Shown here one piece after another: positions 40,443 through 48,518 of a DNA stretch of 64,000 bases. A program made the translations under genes and the position numbers. Positions within the stretch are counted from its first letter, which is position 1. Each line of letters starts with the position of its first letter. Origin of the DNA: a virus (lineage: Duplodnaviria; Caudoviricetes); the IMG/VR virus record IMGVR_UViG_3300025519_000052, positions 20,362 to 84,361 of that record; one strand, written 5' to 3'. A model generated the notes under the pieces. It made no database searches. It saw only the letters and a program-made list of their open reading frames with translations, and was not told where the DNA came from.

Positions 40443-40817
40443 ATGGACAAATTACAATTTTTATTAGATTCACAAGAAAAATTTCAAAAACGCCTTGGAC
40501 AAGATTTTCCACTTATGAATGAAAAAGAAAAATCGGAATTTCTTCATGTTCATGGTTATTTCTTAATTGAGGAAGTTGCTGAAATGCTGCGTGAAACTCC
40601 ATTTCATAAACCATGGAAACAATATAACTGGGATGAAGAAAAAACTTTAAGCCAGGAAGAACTTCAAAAAGATGAAGCAATTGATGCTTTACATTTTTTA
40701 ATTAATATCTTTTTAGCACTCGGCATGGATTCTGAAGAAGTTATTGAACGATACAAAGAAAAAAACAAACTCAATTATCGTCGTCAAGAAGATTCAAGTC
40801 TAGGTTATATAAAATGA
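40443..40817 (+). CDS. All-alpha NTP pyrophosphatase (dimeric dUTPase/dCTPase/MazG-like), motifs intact
   Basis: IEEVAEM, KPWK, DEAIDALHF, KNKLNYRRQ. Confidence 0.85.
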   Translation: MDKLQFLLDSQEKFQKRLGQDFPLMNEKEKSEFLHVHGYFLIEEVAEMLRETPFHKPWKQYNWDEEKTLSQEELQKDEAIDALHFLINIFLALGMDSEEVIERYKEKNKLNYRRQEDSSLGYIK

Positions 40818-40893
40818 TTTTTTGAAATGATTTTTGAATTTATCTTTCACTATTTTTAAGACCAAAAAACAATAATCGGAGGTTATAACAATT

Positions 40894-41112
40894 ATGACTA
40901 CTTTAATGACAACTACTAAAAAATTTTTTGCAACTACTGAACTTGAAGCTCAATCACTTATTAATCAAATTAAGAAAGAACACGGTTCGCACATTAAAAA
41001 TTCTTCAATCACTAAGAAAACCAAGAAAACCAAGAAAGAAGTTGAGTACTATATTGTTTCTGTAACTATTGAATTCTACCGTGATAAGGATTTAGTTACT
41101 GTGGCTAATTAA
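40894..41112 (+). CDS. Hypothetical protein
   Basis: Good RBS; 72-aa ORF with phage-like codon usage. Confidence 0.65.
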   Translation: MTTLMTTTKKFFATTELEAQSLINQIKKEHGSHIKNSSITKKTKKTKKEVEYYIVSVTIEFYRDKDLVTVAN

Positions 41113-41147
41113 ACTTAATACTGCTAAAAATTGGGAGGAACTTATTT

Positions 41148-41759
41148 ATGGGAAAAATGGATGAAATGATTATTGTCGCACCACGTTCTGAAGTTTTTGA
41201 AAATGAAAAGCTTTCATTCCAAGGAACTCTTCAAGATAAGACAGTAAATAAAATTATTAAAAATATTTCAAATACTTACGAAGTAATGAGGCGTGGAGAC
41301 GCTGAAAAAAATGAAAAATTTAAGCAACCTATCCCTTATGCTGTTATAAAACGTGGGAATGAAGTATTTGTCTATGAAAGATTAAAAGGAGCAGGAGAAG
41401 TAAGATTGCATAACAAACTTTCAATTGGTGTTGGCGGTCATATGAATGAGGTTCCAGGAGAAAAAGATTTTAATAAAATTTTAAATGAAAATCTTCTACG
41501 AGAAATTGAAGAAGAATTGATTATTGATAATAAAAAATTCAAAGTAACTCCAATTGGACTTATTAATGATGATGAAGACGAAGTTGGACGAGTTCATATT
41601 GGAATATTGGTTGCAATTGAAGTTCCAGAAGGCACTGATGTTCAAGTTCGTGAAACTGAAGAGCTTCAAGGACAATTTCTTCAAATTGAAAAATTAAAAC
41701 TGAGACAGTTCTATGAAAGATTAGAAAATTGGTCAAAGATTGCCATTGATATTTTGTAA
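41148..41759 (+). CDS. NUDIX-family hydrolase (MutT-like phosphoesterase)
   Basis: KQPIPY, SIGVGGHMN, LREIEEEL, GRVHIG. Confidence 0.88.
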   Translation: MGKMDEMIIVAPRSEVFENEKLSFQGTLQDKTVNKIIKNISNTYEVMRRGDAEKNEKFKQPIPYAVIKRGNEVFVYERLKGAGEVRLHNKLSIGVGGHMNEVPGEKDFNKILNENLLREIEEELIIDNKKFKVTPIGLINDDEDEVGRVHIGILVAIEVPEGTDVQVRETEELQGQFLQIEKLKLRQFYERLENWSKIAIDIL

Positions 41760-41811
41760 TCAGGAAGAAAATCTTCCTGATTAATTAATTACTAATATCG
41801 GAGGACCGATT

Positions 41812-42090
41812 ATGATTAAAATTACTTACATTTATAAAGAAAACAGCTTGATTACTCCGTTCTTAGATCGACAAATTGATGAAGCTAATTTAAAAGGTTA
41901 TGAAATTGAAAGAATAAAACTTGATGATGAAGTTGCTGAAAAATATCAGCTTGTAAGATGGCATACTATTATTTTTTCAGATAAAAGAGGAAATGAGCTT
42001 TTAAGATACAATAAAGCATTTGATTCTAGGACTCTTGAAAAATTGTTATATGAAACAAAATGCATATTATCAAACAGATTAAAAGGGTGA
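41812..42090 (+). CDS. Hypothetical protein, thioredoxin-like layout without CxxC
   Basis: Beta-alpha-beta pattern, EVAEKYQL..HTIIF; no redox cysteines. Confidence 0.45.
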   Translation: MIKITYIYKENSLITPFLDRQIDEANLKGYEIERIKLDDEVAEKYQLVRWHTIIFSDKRGNELLRYNKAFDSRTLEKLLYETKCILSNRLKG

Positions 42091-42096
42091 TTTCTT

Positions 42097-42648
42097 ATGA
42101 TTTATGTCTTATTAGGTCCAACTTGTTCTGGTAAGACTACAACTCTAAAGCAACTTGTTGATTTTGGTTATGAGCCTATCATAACTTATACAACTCGGCC
42201 AAAAAGAAAAAATGAAGTAGATGGAAAAGATTATTATTTTATTTCAGAAAGACAATTTAATCACTTAGACGAATTCAATTTATTGATAGCAAAAAATACA
42301 TTTAAAAATGCTTTTGGAACAGAATGGCATTATGCTATCAATCGGCAAGATATTGATTTAACTAAAGATTTGGTAGTAATTACTGATCCTAAAGGTTATC
42401 GAGATTTAGTTAAAACTTTTGGAAAAGAAAACGTAACAAGTATTTACTTGAATACAAACTATGAAATTAGACTTATTCGTGGATTGAACAGACAAGACCA
42501 AGTAAATGAGCTATATAGAAGATTGCTTTCTGATGAAGAAGTTTTTAGAGGGTTTGAGAAAGAAGCTGATTATATAATTACTGAGACTACAAAAGTTGGT
42601 GTTCTGAATAAAGTTCTAAAAATAATTTATGGAGGTAAGCAATCTTGA
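42097..42648 (+). CDS. gmk: Guanylate kinase-like protein
   Basis: GPTCSGKTT, YTTRPKRKNEVDGKDYYF. Confidence 0.9.
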   Translation: MIYVLLGPTCSGKTTTLKQLVDFGYEPIITYTTRPKRKNEVDGKDYYFISERQFNHLDEFNLLIAKNTFKNAFGTEWHYAINRQDIDLTKDLVVITDPKGYRDLVKTFGKENVTSIYLNTNYEIRLIRGLNRQDQVNELYRRLLSDEEVFRGFEKEADYIITETTKVGVLNKVLKIIYGGKQS

Positions 42649-43202
42649 AAAAATTAGTATTAACTTCTCCATTACCTCCTTCAGTAAACAATTACCTAAA
42701 CTATAGAGTTGCTAGAAGAGGTAAAAAAAGATTTGTTCAAACTTATCCATCAGAAGAAACAAAAGTCTATAAAAACTTTTTTGTTGATTATGTTAAAGAT
42801 CAAATAAGAGAACAAAATTGGTCAAAACCAGAGAATGGAAAACTCGTTTATATTAAAATGACTTTCTTTCTGGATAGAAAAAGAAAAGATCCAAATAATT
42901 TTTTGAAAGTTCTATTTGACTCCTTAACTGAAGCCGGAGTTTATGCTGATGATGATATTGCTTTACCGTTAGTTCCAAGACTTTATATTGACAAGCAAAA
43001 TCCTCGAATTGAAATTGAAATTTATAAATCCAACGCTATTGGAATTTTTGATGATAAAGAAGATTATCAATTGTTTATACAAAATAATTGCAATATGTGT
43101 AAAAAGAAAACCGAATCATGCAGCATCTTAAAAAATTTACTTGATAACCGTTTAGTGGAAGATGTTGAATATCGGACCTGTTTAAGAAGAAAACCAATCT
43201 AA
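42645..43202 (+). CDS. RusA-like Holliday junction resolvase
   Basis: PPSVNNY, KDPNNFLKVLFDSL, DDD, NPRIEIEI; C-terminal Cys cluster. Confidence 0.88.
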   Translation: MKKLVLTSPLPPSVNNYLNYRVARRGKKRFVQTYPSEETKVYKNFFVDYVKDQIREQNWSKPENGKLVYIKMTFFLDRKRKDPNNFLKVLFDSLTEAGVYADDDIALPLVPRLYIDKQNPRIEIEIYKSNAIGIFDDKEDYQLFIQNNCNMCKKKTESCSILKNLLDNRLVEDVEYRTCLRRKPI

Positions 43203-43559
43203 AGGCAGCATGGAATAGAAAAGAAGGTGCAAAGCCTTCTTTTCTATTGTAAAAAATTCAAATTTTATTTACTGTGATAGGTTCTAATGTACTTATTCTT
43301 CCATTCATTAACACAGTATTGGAAATTTTTTGAATTATCTTTTAGTCAATCTATACAGTCTTCTCATTATTGGACTTAACTGGACTTATTTGAATAGTGA
43401 AAAACAATAAACCTTCATCCCCTGATTTCATTAAGGAAGTATTGATATATTTTCATTGCCTTTCTTTTTACAATATTTGTTTTTTTTCCAATTGACTTGC
43501 TTTTCTTAATTATATTAAAAAGAGACATGATGAATTTTTTTGTGTACTTTTTTTCAAGT

Positions 43560-43598
43560 ACTGCGTATAATAAATAATGTAAATCGAACATATGTTCG
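43560..43598 (+). promoter_or_regulatory. sigmaA-like promoter with a perfect LexA/DinR box just downstream
   Basis: TATAAT at 43566-43571; CGAACATATGTTCG at 43585-43598. Confidence 0.75.
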
Positions 43599-43844
43599 AA
43601 TCTACTTCCTGAAGAATTGCGATGGTTGATTAGGTCAGTCTGAAAGGCTATCTCCATTCTTCTGCATAATATTGTAAAATATATGGGCCTATCATTTAGC
43701 TGGGCACAATTCATATAAAGGGGGCCAAATATTTTTTACCATTTTTTGTGATTTTTGCTTTACGTTTTAAATCAACCAGATATAAATAACATGAAAGAAT
43801 TTAAAACTATTAAATTATTAATTATGATTGGGAGGAAAGCAACT

Positions 43845-44438
43845 ATGAAAAAAACAATCTTATTGTCAAATGGTGAAACTGTATTAATGACTTTTGAAGA
43901 AGTACTTGAAAAATTTAAACCAATGTTGGTTAAAGAAATGAATAGAATAAACAGTCGTTTTGTCTTTAACGCAATTGACCCCGAAGACTTTATGCAAATT
44001 CTAAGACTTGAATGTTGGAAAGCTTTTCGTGATTATGACTATACAACAGGTAATTGCTTTTCTACATATCTTTATCCAAAACTTCAAAAAGGCTCCAGGG
44101 ATGCTACATATTATAAGTACTCTAAAAAGAATCAAGGAGTTACAGTTTCAGCTTCTGCTCCGATAGGAGACGGCGATCTCAAGTTAGAAGATATGCTCTC
44201 AATTGATGATACTTCAATGGATAGAATCGAAGCAGAAGAGTTGACCGCCATCATCCGTTCTGCTATTTCAAAAGAAGAGCAAGAACTTCTAATGATTATT
44301 CTTGATAGACAACAATTTTCAGTTGCTGATTATGCTAAACGTCATGGAATCACTCGCCAGGCTGCCAATCAACGTGTAGTGAAACTTCGTAAAAAATTGC
44401 AAGATGTTATCAAAAAACAATATCTTGAGATCGCCTAA
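43845..44438 (+). CDS. Phage-encoded sigma-70-family sigma factor
   Basis: Region 2 (EDFMQILRLECWKAFRDYD...FSTYL), SASAPIG, region-4 HTH (VADYAKRHGITRQAANQR); RBS GGGAGG before the ATG at 43845. Confidence 0.9.
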   Translation: MKKTILLSNGETVLMTFEEVLEKFKPMLVKEMNRINSRFVFNAIDPEDFMQILRLECWKAFRDYDYTTGNCFSTYLYPKLQKGSRDATYYKYSKKNQGVTVSASAPIGDGDLKLEDMLSIDDTSMDRIEAEELTAIIRSAISKEEQELLMIILDRQQFSVADYAKRHGITRQAANQRVVKLRKKLQDVIKKQYLEIA

Positions 44439-44710
44439 TCAAAAAATAATTTAAATCTGCTACCAACAGATTAATTTAAAAAACCTTTACTTTGGCAAAG
44501 TAAAGGTTTTTTATTTACATTAATATTAACATTGTTTTTTTGTTAGTCAATGCTTTAGGATTAAATGTAATGAAAAAGGTAGAAATGTAATAAAATTGTA
44601 GTATTAAATAATTTTTTGTTTAATGATATGCATTTTTTTAAAAAAATATTTAAAAATTTATTTACAGTGGTTTGATTTTCTTGTATACTTAAATAGTAGA
44701 AAACAAACAA

Positions 44711-45553
44711 TTGGAGGGAAATAACTTGACATTAACTACTGTAATTGATGTAGGAAACTTTAGCACAAAGTATGTTTATCAAGAAAAGGAAGAGATTAAG
44801 TGTGGAGCATTCACTTCTGTTCTAGCCGAATATGTTCCTATGGAAGAATATGAAGGTTATCAACGAGTAGAATACAATGGGTTTGATTTTTATGCTGGCG
44901 AAAAAACTTATGCATTCTATCATGGACATCCAGAAAAAATGTACTTTGGGAATGTAAGAAAAGGCCATCATGAAGCTCAAATACGATTGGTCTATGCTCT
45001 CTATAATATTTTCAAAGAAACTGGTCAAAAATCTTTTAACTTAATCCTAACTTGTCCATATGAAAGTATGGAAAAGGACAAGAAATATTTCGTTAAAAAT
45101 TTCGAAGGAACAAGGGTAGCACGAATTGATGGTAAAGATTTTGAATTTAATGTCAATAAGATTATCATGGCAGCTGAAGGATTAGGAGCAATGAATTTTA
45201 CAAAATCCTTAAACTGTGTTGTTATTGATGCTGGTTCAAAAACCTTAAATATTCTTCATTTCATTAATGGGAATATCAACAAAAAAGATTCACATACTAT
45301 TAATGGCGGAACAATTGATAATACTACTCAACAATTAGCTACAACATTTGCAAAAATTTGCAATACTGTTGATTATGAATATCCGATTGTTACTACTGGA
45401 GGAAAAGCTAATGAAATGAAAGAAGCTCTTGAAAAGATCGGATATAGTGACGTAATGGCTGCTGAATTAAAGGATTATCCTTCCTATTTCATTAATTCAG
45501 TAGGGTTACTTTTAAAATACGGTAAAAAATTCGAGGCGATGTTTGTATCATGA
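44711..45553 (+). CDS. parM: ParM/StbA-family actin-like partition ATPase
   Basis: IDVGNFSTK, AEGLGA, IDAGSKTLN, TGGKA. Confidence 0.9.
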   Translation: MEGNNLTLTTVIDVGNFSTKYVYQEKEEIKCGAFTSVLAEYVPMEEYEGYQRVEYNGFDFYAGEKTYAFYHGHPEKMYFGNVRKGHHEAQIRLVYALYNIFKETGQKSFNLILTCPYESMEKDKKYFVKNFEGTRVARIDGKDFEFNVNKIIMAAEGLGAMNFTKSLNCVVIDAGSKTLNILHFINGNINKKDSHTINGGTIDNTTQQLATTFAKICNTVDYEYPIVTTGGKANEMKEALEKIGYSDVMAAELKDYPSYFINSVGLLLKYGKKFEAMFVS

Positions 45554-45819
45554 GCAAAAACTTTTTATACCAAATAAACTTTAATCGTGAAAAGTATCCA
45601 GAAATCTGTGCCGAGCTCGAAGCTGCTAAAAAAAGAACTGGAGGAATTGCCTGGTATTTAAGGAAGCTTATTGAAAAAGATATTCAAATGAAAAAAGGAT
45701 TAGGATGTACAGAATCAGTTACTCCGGTACAAAAAGAACCAAAGGAAAAACCTAAAACACCAATAACAGAGGAAGAAGAAGAAGAATTTCTTCCAGATAA
45801 TAATGGTGGATTTTTGTGA
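45550..45819 (+). CDS. ParR-like adaptor/DNA-binding protein
   Basis: Small, overlaps the ParM stop, RHH-like IAWYLRKLIEKDI, acidic tail. Confidence 0.7.
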   Translation: MSKNFLYQINFNREKYPEICAELEAAKKRTGGIAWYLRKLIEKDIQMKKGLGCTESVTPVQKEPKEKPKTPITEEEEEEFLPDNNGGFL

Positions 45820-46078
45820 GGAAGGAGGAGATATTGAAAATCCTGAAATATTATTTAAACTTAGTAAAAACTCCAATTCAGATAAAAACATAATAATTCA
45901 ATAATTGGGCTATATGAATATATAGTCGGCTGGAAAACTGATTATATAAAAAGAAGAGAAAAGTATTCAACTAATTTTTTTATCAACAAAGACAACCAAT
46001 TTGGTTGTCTTTTTTATTTTACGTTTGCCATTGATTAGATATAAATAATATGAATCTATAACTAATGGAGGTTATTAT

Positions 46079-46651
46079 ATGCATGTTACTTTTACAACTG
46101 GTTTAATGGGAGCTGGCAAATCAAAACATCTTATTGAACAATATAATGCAGATTATTCAAATAAAATTGCTTTTGTTTGTAGGTTCAATGAAGAAACTGG
46201 AACTAAAGGAACTATTTCAAGTCGCAATGGAAATGTTATTGATGCTATAAACTTGAATCGAGATCAAGAAGACAAAATTATTGCTTTGGTAAAATGGTAT
46301 ATTTTGGGAGAACAAATAGAATCAATTTATATTGATGAAGTTCAATTTTTGAAAAAATCAACTGTTAAGAAGATAATTAATCTATCAAAATTTGGGACTA
46401 ATATATATATTTTCGGTTTAACAACTACATTTACTGATGATTATTTTGAAGCTTCTGAATATCTATTAAATACTCTAGCAGAGTTTGATATTTTTTATAT
46501 TAAAACAAATTGCGAAGTTGCAGGCTGTCACAATGAAGCTAAACATAATGCCAGAATTATAAATGGAAAAGTTGCCAGGCAGGGAGAAACTTTTGTGGAA
46601 GAAAAACAAACTTATATGGCATTGTGCACAAAGCATTATTTTGGAAAATAA
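46079..46651 (+). CDS. tdk: Thymidine kinase
   Basis: GLMGAGKSK, IDEVQF, FGL, C..C, YMALCTKHY. Confidence 0.92.
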   Translation: MHVTFTTGLMGAGKSKHLIEQYNADYSNKIAFVCRFNEETGTKGTISSRNGNVIDAINLNRDQEDKIIALVKWYILGEQIESIYIDEVQFLKKSTVKKIINLSKFGTNIYIFGLTTTFTDDYFEASEYLLNTLAEFDIFYIKTNCEVAGCHNEAKHNARIINGKVARQGETFVEEKQTYMALCTKHYFGK

Positions 46652-46721
46652 GTCCATTCTGGGCTTATTTTTTTATTTTCATTATTAATTAATTATCATA
46701 TAATAAAGTTATGGGGGTGTA

Positions 46722-47084
46722 GTGGTGAAAATAAGAATCAGGAAAGATGCTGTTGAGTTGTATGTTCAGGAGCATACAGATTGGAATGGAGTATATCGAG
46801 GGAGTGATAAATGGGAAAGAGCTCTTTCCAAAATTGCTGGAAAAGAAATTGAAGTTGATACTGAGACCTTATTCAAGCATGAGTTCAATACTAAGCCAAT
46901 CCCTGGTGTTTCTAAAGAAGGAATTAGAATTATGGAAGAATATGTTGAAGAAGTAATCGACGATGAAAGGAAGGGTAAAGCTTACTGTGAACTATGTGAG
47001 AAAACTTCCGAATCGGACAAGGTATGTCTTTACTGTGGTAGATCGGATTATCTGGAACCATTTTTTGATGAGTACTATGACTAA
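46722..47084 (+). CDS. Hypothetical protein with C-terminal zinc ribbon
   Basis: CELC...CLYC. Confidence 0.65.
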   Translation: MVKIRIRKDAVELYVQEHTDWNGVYRGSDKWERALSKIAGKEIEVDTETLFKHEFNTKPIPGVSKEGIRIMEEYVEEVIDDERKGKAYCELCEKTSESDKVCLYCGRSDYLEPFFDEYYD

Positions 47085-47193
47085 AAAAAATCCTGTACCA
47101 ATCGGAGGAAAAAGTACAGGACCATATGAGTTATTAAAATAACTCGACTCAACTACTGAAAATAATTTTACCGCATATAAATTCTAAAGTCAA
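47083..47193 (-). ncRNA. Small RNA gene (about 75 nt, 47157->47083) with its own sigmaA promoter and terminator
   Basis: TTGACT (47193-47188)-N17-TAAAAT (47170-47165); hairpin GAGTTATT/AATAACTC; terminator TCCTGTAC/GTACAGGA followed by T8. Confidence 0.75.
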
Positions 47194-47227
47194 TTGTTGT
47201 TTATGTAATTATGAAAACAAAATATAA

Positions 47228-47383
47228 TAAAAAAATAGCCTAGTTTGCGCTAGGCTATTTGGAGAAGTAGCACCTGCTACTATTTGGTGGAACAACACCT
47301 GCTCACCGACCAAAGTTTACAGGAGTGTTTCCTACATGCTTTTTGGTTATGTTTATTATAGCAGGTGTTGCTCCTTAATTCAA
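47228..47383 (-). ncRNA. Countertranscript (antisense) RNA in the rep leader, about 120 nt
   Basis: TTGAAT (47383-47378)-N17-TATAAT (47360-47355); terminator AATAGCCTAG/CTAGGCTATT with a T-run on the minus strand. Confidence 0.72.
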
Positions 47384-47402
47384 GAAGGAGGAACATAAAA
47401 AT

Positions 47403-48416
47403 ATGGGAAAATTTTTTACAGATAACGACAGAGATAGCTTAATTCATTTTCAAGTACCTAAAGTTTTAATTTTAGGAGAACGATACAAATCAATGAAGCC
47501 AAATGCTTTGAAACTTTATATTGTTCTTTTAGACAGGATGAAACTTAGTTTACAAAATGGTTGGAAAGATTCAGATGGAAATTATTATGTTCGTATGTCT
47601 CAAGATAGAGCTGCAGAACTTTTTGGATGGTCGCCAACTACATTTCGAGCTATGAAAAAAGAATTAGAAAAATTTGATTTGTTAAGCCAAAATAGAGAAG
47701 GTCAAGGAAAATCAAACCGTCTTTATATTAAACAATGTGATTATGATGAAAATGATATTTATAAGATCAATAAAGTAATGGATTTAGAATTTGAAATAGA
47801 AGAAGAAAACGCAAAAGTTATCAACGAAAAACAAAAGAATAATTTCAAATCAAATATTGAAGCCGAAGATGAAATGGATTTTCTGAAGGACAAAAGTTGT
47901 TCTTCTGCTGATAATACTGAGAAGGACAAAAGTTGTTCTTCTAGAAGGACAAAAGTTGACCTTCTAGAAGGACAAAAGTTGACCCCTAATAATAATAAGA
48001 TTAATAATAATAAATTTAGTAATAATGACATTGTTAATTTACAAATTGTTAATTTACAAGAAAAAGAAATTAACAAATTTCTAAATAAAAATGATTTTAA
48101 AATTTCTTTAATAAATGCATGTAATAGTTTCTATACAGAATTTTCTCCAGGACGATGGAATAAACAAGCATGGAATACCATCATTAATAAATTTGTTGAG
48201 GAAACAATTAAAAATAATAGAAATGAAACTGTTCCAGCAGATAAAATTCTTGGCTATGCTTATCAATCTATTAAAGGAATTGCACATAAGCACGATATAA
48301 AGTATGGTAAAAAGAAATTTGAATATCCAAAATTTAACGGTGACAGCAAAATTCCTTATTATAATTGGTTAGTAGAAGAAACAGAATTTGACGACGATGA
48401 TGATGTGCCATATTAA
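47403..48416 (+). CDS. repA: RepA_N-type plasmid replication initiator
   Basis: FQVPKVL...AKLYIVLLDRMKLSLQNGWKDSDGNYYV...KKELEKFDLL...GKSNRLYI. Confidence 0.9.
   Translation: MGKFFTDNDRDSLIHFQVPKVLILGERYKSMKPNALKLYIVLLDRMKLSLQNGWKDSDGNYYVRMSQDRAAELFGWSPTTFRAMKKELEKFDLLSQNREGQGKSNRLYIKQCDYDENDIYKINKVMDLEFEIEEENAKVINEKQKNNFKSNIEAEDEMDFLKDKSCSSADNTEKDKSCSSRRTKVDLLEGQKLTPNNNKINNNKFSNNDIVNLQIVNLQEKEINKFLNKNDFKISLINACNSFYTEFSPGRWNKQAWNTIINKFVEETIKNNRNETVPADKILGYAYQSIKGIAHKHDIKYGKKKFEYPKFNGDSKIPYYNWLVEETEFDDDDDVPY
47885..48025 (+). repeat. Replication origin: four GAAGGACAAAAGTTG iterons plus an AT-rich tract inside repA
   Basis: Copies at 47885, 47921, 47944 and 47967, followed by AATAATAA-rich DNA; RepA_N origins lie within repA. 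Confidence 0.88.
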
Positions 48417-48518
48417 TTGATATATTTATTCATCATATAATGGTTTACGTCTTTTTCAAAACACGATATAATCATATAGAAATAAATAAATTACATATAA
48501 TAGGAGGAACTCGACTAT

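Noticed and set aside
43415-43714. Minus-strand 99-aa ORF
   Set aside because: No RBS or recognisable domain; it overlaps the LexA box and promoter of the sigma gene.
47091-47135. Plus-strand SD followed by ATG AGT TAT TAA as an alternative explanation of the sRNA loop
   Set aside because: SD-ATG spacing is far too long and the ORF has three codons, whereas the minus strand has a full promoter and terminator.
47885-47981. CRISPR-like repeats
   Set aside because: 15-bp repeats with 8-21 bp gaps inside repA; these are iterons, with no cas genes.
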